A DNA stretch of 28,578 nt from a virus. Taxonomy: Duplodnaviria; Caudoviricetes. Under the pieces are notes generated by a model. It made no database searches. It was not told where the DNA came from and saw only the letters and a program-made list of their open reading frames with translations. This document shows positions 26,011 to 28,578 of the stretch, piece after piece. The position numbers were made by a program, and so were the translations under genes. Where the stretch lies: IMG/VR virus record IMGVR_UViG_3300026101_000006, positions 1 to 28,578 of that record; one strand, given 5' to 3'. Positions within the stretch are counted from its first letter, which is position 1; every line of letters starts with the position of its first letter.

Positions 26011-26965
26011 ATTGACTGGTACATTCAATAAAATAGACTACCGATTGAGACCTGCTAAGCATTGCGAACGCAGCATGTTAATTGATTTATTTAAGAGGAT
26101 GCAGTTTTCTCCGATACAGAACTATCAATATGTAGGACTCGGATCGGTCGCCTTCGTCGATTTTAAGATGGTTCATAAGGCGTTAGGTGTATCAAAATTA
26201 ATAAGTATTGAAGATGTGGATGATGAAAATGAAAAAAAAAGGTTTGAACGCAACAAGCCGTTCGATTGTGTGCATCTTAAATTCGGAAACTCAAAGGCTG
26301 TGCTGCCGAGTCTAGATTTTTCTCAGAAATCTATCGTGTGGATGGATTACGATGATGCCTTTAGCAGAGATATCGCAAACGATCTGTCGTTGATCGCCGG
26401 AAAGGCATCGAGTGGCTCCTTGCTCGCCACGACATTTACGACACATTTTCCAACAGATCCAAAGGAAGGACGAAAGGAAGCAGACCGTCTGCAAGGAGAG
26501 TTTCCTGATTTCCTCGAAGAGGGCGTGAAACTTTCGGAGTTCCAAGGTCACATATATGCAAATTTCTGCCGCACCACTCTTAATTCAATCATCGAAAAGG
26601 CCATCTCCGATGCTGATGCAGGCGTCGCTGAAGCAAGACAAAAGCGAATGCTCAAGCAAGTTTGCTTCTTCCGGTACAAAGATGGATCGCCGATGGTAAC
26701 CTACGCTTGGATCATTTTATGTGAGAGTGATCTGGAAAAATTTAGTCTCTGTGACTTTGAGGGCCTACCATTTGTTCGGACCGGAGAGGAGCCATTCCGC
26801 ATAAAAGTGCCTCTGGTGACACCCGTTGAAATTCAAGAGATGGAGCGGCGAGTTCCTGGACTCGAAGCCAATACTGAAATTGAATGGATACCTTGCAGAG
26901 AAAGAAGTGATTTCGAAAAGATCTATCGCTATCTTCCACATTTTTCATCAGTGGAGCAAGTCTGA
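26003..26965 (+). CDS. Putative SAM-dependent methyltransferase of unknown substrate ('O-methyltransferase' / Methyltransf_35-like); start ATG 26003 or TTG 26012
   Basis: IDYRLRPAKHCER N-terminus, YQYVGLGS motif I, LISIE acidic strand end, IVWMDYD; coupled to the ATPase stop. Confidence 0.75.
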   Translation: MIELTGTFNKIDYRLRPAKHCERSMLIDLFKRMQFSPIQNYQYVGLGSVAFVDFKMVHKALGVSKLISIEDVDDENEKKRFERNKPFDCVHLKFGNSKAVLPSLDFSQKSIVWMDYDDAFSRDIANDLSLIAGKASSGSLLATTFTTHFPTDPKEGRKEADRLQGEFPDFLEEGVKLSEFQGHIYANFCRTTLNSIIEKAISDADAGVAEARQKRMLKQVCFFRYKDGSPMVTYAWIILCESDLEKFSLCDFEGLPFVRTGEEPFRIKVPLVTPVEIQEMERRVPGLEANTEIEWIPCRERSDFEKIYRYLPHFSSVEQV

Positions 26966-27337
26966 TAGAAATTTAGCTCGCAAAACCAGCTTTCAAGAGT
27001 TGGATCAGCTAACTTCGCCTGGCCGAAGTCCTCTTCATCACTCTGAATCTCAGTTCGCTTACTTTTGGATTTTGCGACGGCAGCGAATGCCCAAAATAGA
27101 AGGCCGCACCTCAGCAAGCTGATCCTGAATGAACGTTTGGTTTGGGTTGTCTGCCTCGAAAGTTGGCAATTGTTTGCAGTTTTGCAGGGACTAGATTCCT
27201 GCGCTTAGCTGACCTTTGAGTAGGGTGCAGCATGTGGGGCGATGGGTACTCTGCCAGTACTCGTCGTTATCTGGGTAACAAGTTTGCGTGCACACAGGCG
27301 CTGATTGCATGCGCCCACACCTAACAGCTTCCCACGA

Positions 27338-28303
27338 TCATTGATCAAGCCGCTTCGCAAGGTTTTCGGCGCTCTCGTTGTAGTAGGTCAGAAGCTGATT
27401 TACGTTTCGATGGCCGACCATCCGTGCCAGGTCCATGACATCGAGCTTCTTGGCGAGTAGAGTGATAGCCCAATGGCGCGAGTCGTGAAACGTTAGCCCC
27501 CCAACGGCAGCCCGATCCCTCACCTTGCGCCACAGAACGTCTAACTGCCGCGAATCCAGGCCAAACACGGGATCGAATTCTGGAAGCACCTCCAGCATTT
27601 CCACCGCGCGGCGTGAAAGCGGAACCTGTCGCGAGGTGCCGTTCTTCGTCATAGGCAGCTCCACAACCCGGCGCTCGAGGTCGATGTGTTCCCATTTCAT
27701 GCCGATGATCTCCCCGGCGCGCATTGCGGTTTCTCCGGCAAACAAGAATGCATGAAACGCGCGCGCCGTCGCGTTTTTGAGGTCATTGCCTGCGGAGAGC
27801 TCAAGCCGTTCTAGCTCCGCGTTCGTCGGCAAGCGATCCCGCGCAGCTGACTCTTGCGGCTTGCGCACATCGGTCAGAGGCGAATCTCCCATCAATCCCC
27901 ACTCCCGCCGAGCCACGAAGAATACAGACCCCATGAGGGTCATCTCTCTCCGCACTGTCGAGGGTGCCACCTTTTGCAATCGGGCGTCACGCCAAGCGGC
28001 GAAATCTGCAGGTGAGAGTTCGGAGAGGATCTTGTCGCCAAGATCGGATTGGCCCCATCGGTTCAAGCGAAGCGCTTCCCACTTATAGCCGCGCTTTTTC
28101 GAGCTCACCTCACGGGCGTACCGTTCAAAGAGATCGCGCAACTTCATCTTGGCGGCGATCTTCGACCCGTTCAGGATCTCATATTCCTTGCGGCTGGCCC
28201 AATCTTGCGCTTCCCTCTTCGATGGGAATACCTTGCTGGCGCGCACACCCGCTCTGGCCACCTCGGCCCGCCATCCTGTCTTGGTTTTGCGAAACGTCGC
28301 CAT
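27338..28303 (-). CDS. int: Tyrosine recombinase / phage integrase
   Basis: TAMRAGE (R), TKNG (K), FHDSRH (HxxR), VGH and LTYY catalytic residues; next to the tRNA. Confidence 0.96.
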   Translation of the reverse strand: MATFRKTKTGWRAEVARAGVRASKVFPSKREAQDWASRKEYEILNGSKIAAKMKLRDLFERYAREVSSKKRGYKWEALRLNRWGQSDLGDKILSELSPADFAAWRDARLQKVAPSTVRREMTLMGSVFFVARREWGLMGDSPLTDVRKPQESAARDRLPTNAELERLELSAGNDLKNATARAFHAFLFAGETAMRAGEIIGMKWEHIDLERRVVELPMTKNGTSRQVPLSRRAVEMLEVLPEFDPVFGLDSRQLDVLWRKVRDRAAVGGLTFHDSRHWAITLLAKKLDVMDLARMVGHRNVNQLLTYYNESAENLAKRLDQ

Positions 28304-28306
28304 GAA

Positions 28307-28394
28307 TTACGCACCACGCTCTAAATGCGGAAAATATGCGTAACAACATGCGCATTTTTACGCTTCATAGGCAAGCGGCAGCCGCCTGCCTATG
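28307..28394. repeat. Integrase arm-type-like repeats and a 29-bp near-palindrome between int and the tRNA
   Basis: ATGCG at 28325, 28336 and 28348; TTACGC at 28307 and 28358; CATAGGCA-A-GCGGC-A-GCCGC-C-TGCCTATG at 28366-28394. Confidence 0.55.
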
Positions 28395-28452
28395 TGAATA
28401 ACCCATGTTCTGCAGGTAATTGAGCGAGCATGACCACTACCAACGGTGTGAG

Positions 28453-28528
28453 TGGTGCCTCAAGAGGGACTCGAACCCCCGACCTTGTCCTTACGAAGGA
28501 CCTGCTCTACCAGCTGAGCTATTGAGGC
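28453..28528 (-). tRNA. tRNA-Thr(CGT), probable attachment site
   Basis: 76 nt cloverleaf: GCCTCAA/TTGAGGC acceptor stem, D-arm GCTC/GAGC, anticodon loop TTCGTAA, T-loop TTCGAGT, encoded CCA. Confidence 0.97.
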
Positions 28529-28578
28529 GAAGCGAAAGCTGATCTACCCGCTGCCCGCAGATCAATCAAGATGAAATC

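Larger units (their letters stand above)
1..28452. mobile_element. Temperate siphovirus prophage (HK97-like head, long non-contractile tail), right part; continues beyond the left window edge
   Basis: Canonical order of tail, head, terminase, HNH, replication, immunity, xis and integrase genes, ending at a tRNA 3' end. Confidence 0.95.

Noticed and set aside
26966-27337. Short ORFs between the cassette and int
   Set aside because: No SD or motif support; probably intergenic or decayed sequence
28486-28502. G-A mismatch at the top of the tRNA anticodon stem, suggesting a pseudo-tRNA
   Set aside because: All other arms and the CCA are canonical, and a 27-43 mismatch is tolerated in functional tRNAs

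Overview
The window is the right-hand ~28.5 kb of a temperate HK97/lambda-like siphovirus prophage. The host is probably an alphaproteobacterium (Rhodobacteraceae-like), inferred from promoter style, SOS box and protein families. The prophage is integrated at the 3' end of a tRNA-Thr(CGT) gene (28453-28528, minus strand) next to a tyrosine integrase. From left to right: a minus-strand late operon (partial tail protein, tape measure, tail chaperones with a GGGAAAG -1 frameshift, tail tube, neck genes, capsid, protease, portal, terminases, HNH); a plus-strand moron (cspA-like, DUF982-like, small ORF); a minus-strand early operon (Cro-like to a DUF1376-like replication initiator, a phased-repeat origin and a DUF6456-like late regulator); an immunity region; early-left genes with an excisionase; and a lower-GC four-gene cargo between xis and int. 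Two candidates stand out. (1) The cargo joins a XorII-like C5 methyltransferase and PD-(D/E)XK nuclease back to back with a MORC/GHKL ATPase and an uncharacterised SAM-dependent methyltransferase, a possible new defence system. (2) The short repressor lacks a RecA-cleavage domain and is faced by a small antisense ORF that carries an alphaproteobacterial LexA box and resembles the C-terminal XRE helices, a candidate SOS-induced repressor-mimic antirepressor. All family assignments come from motif recognition by eye, not from database searches.
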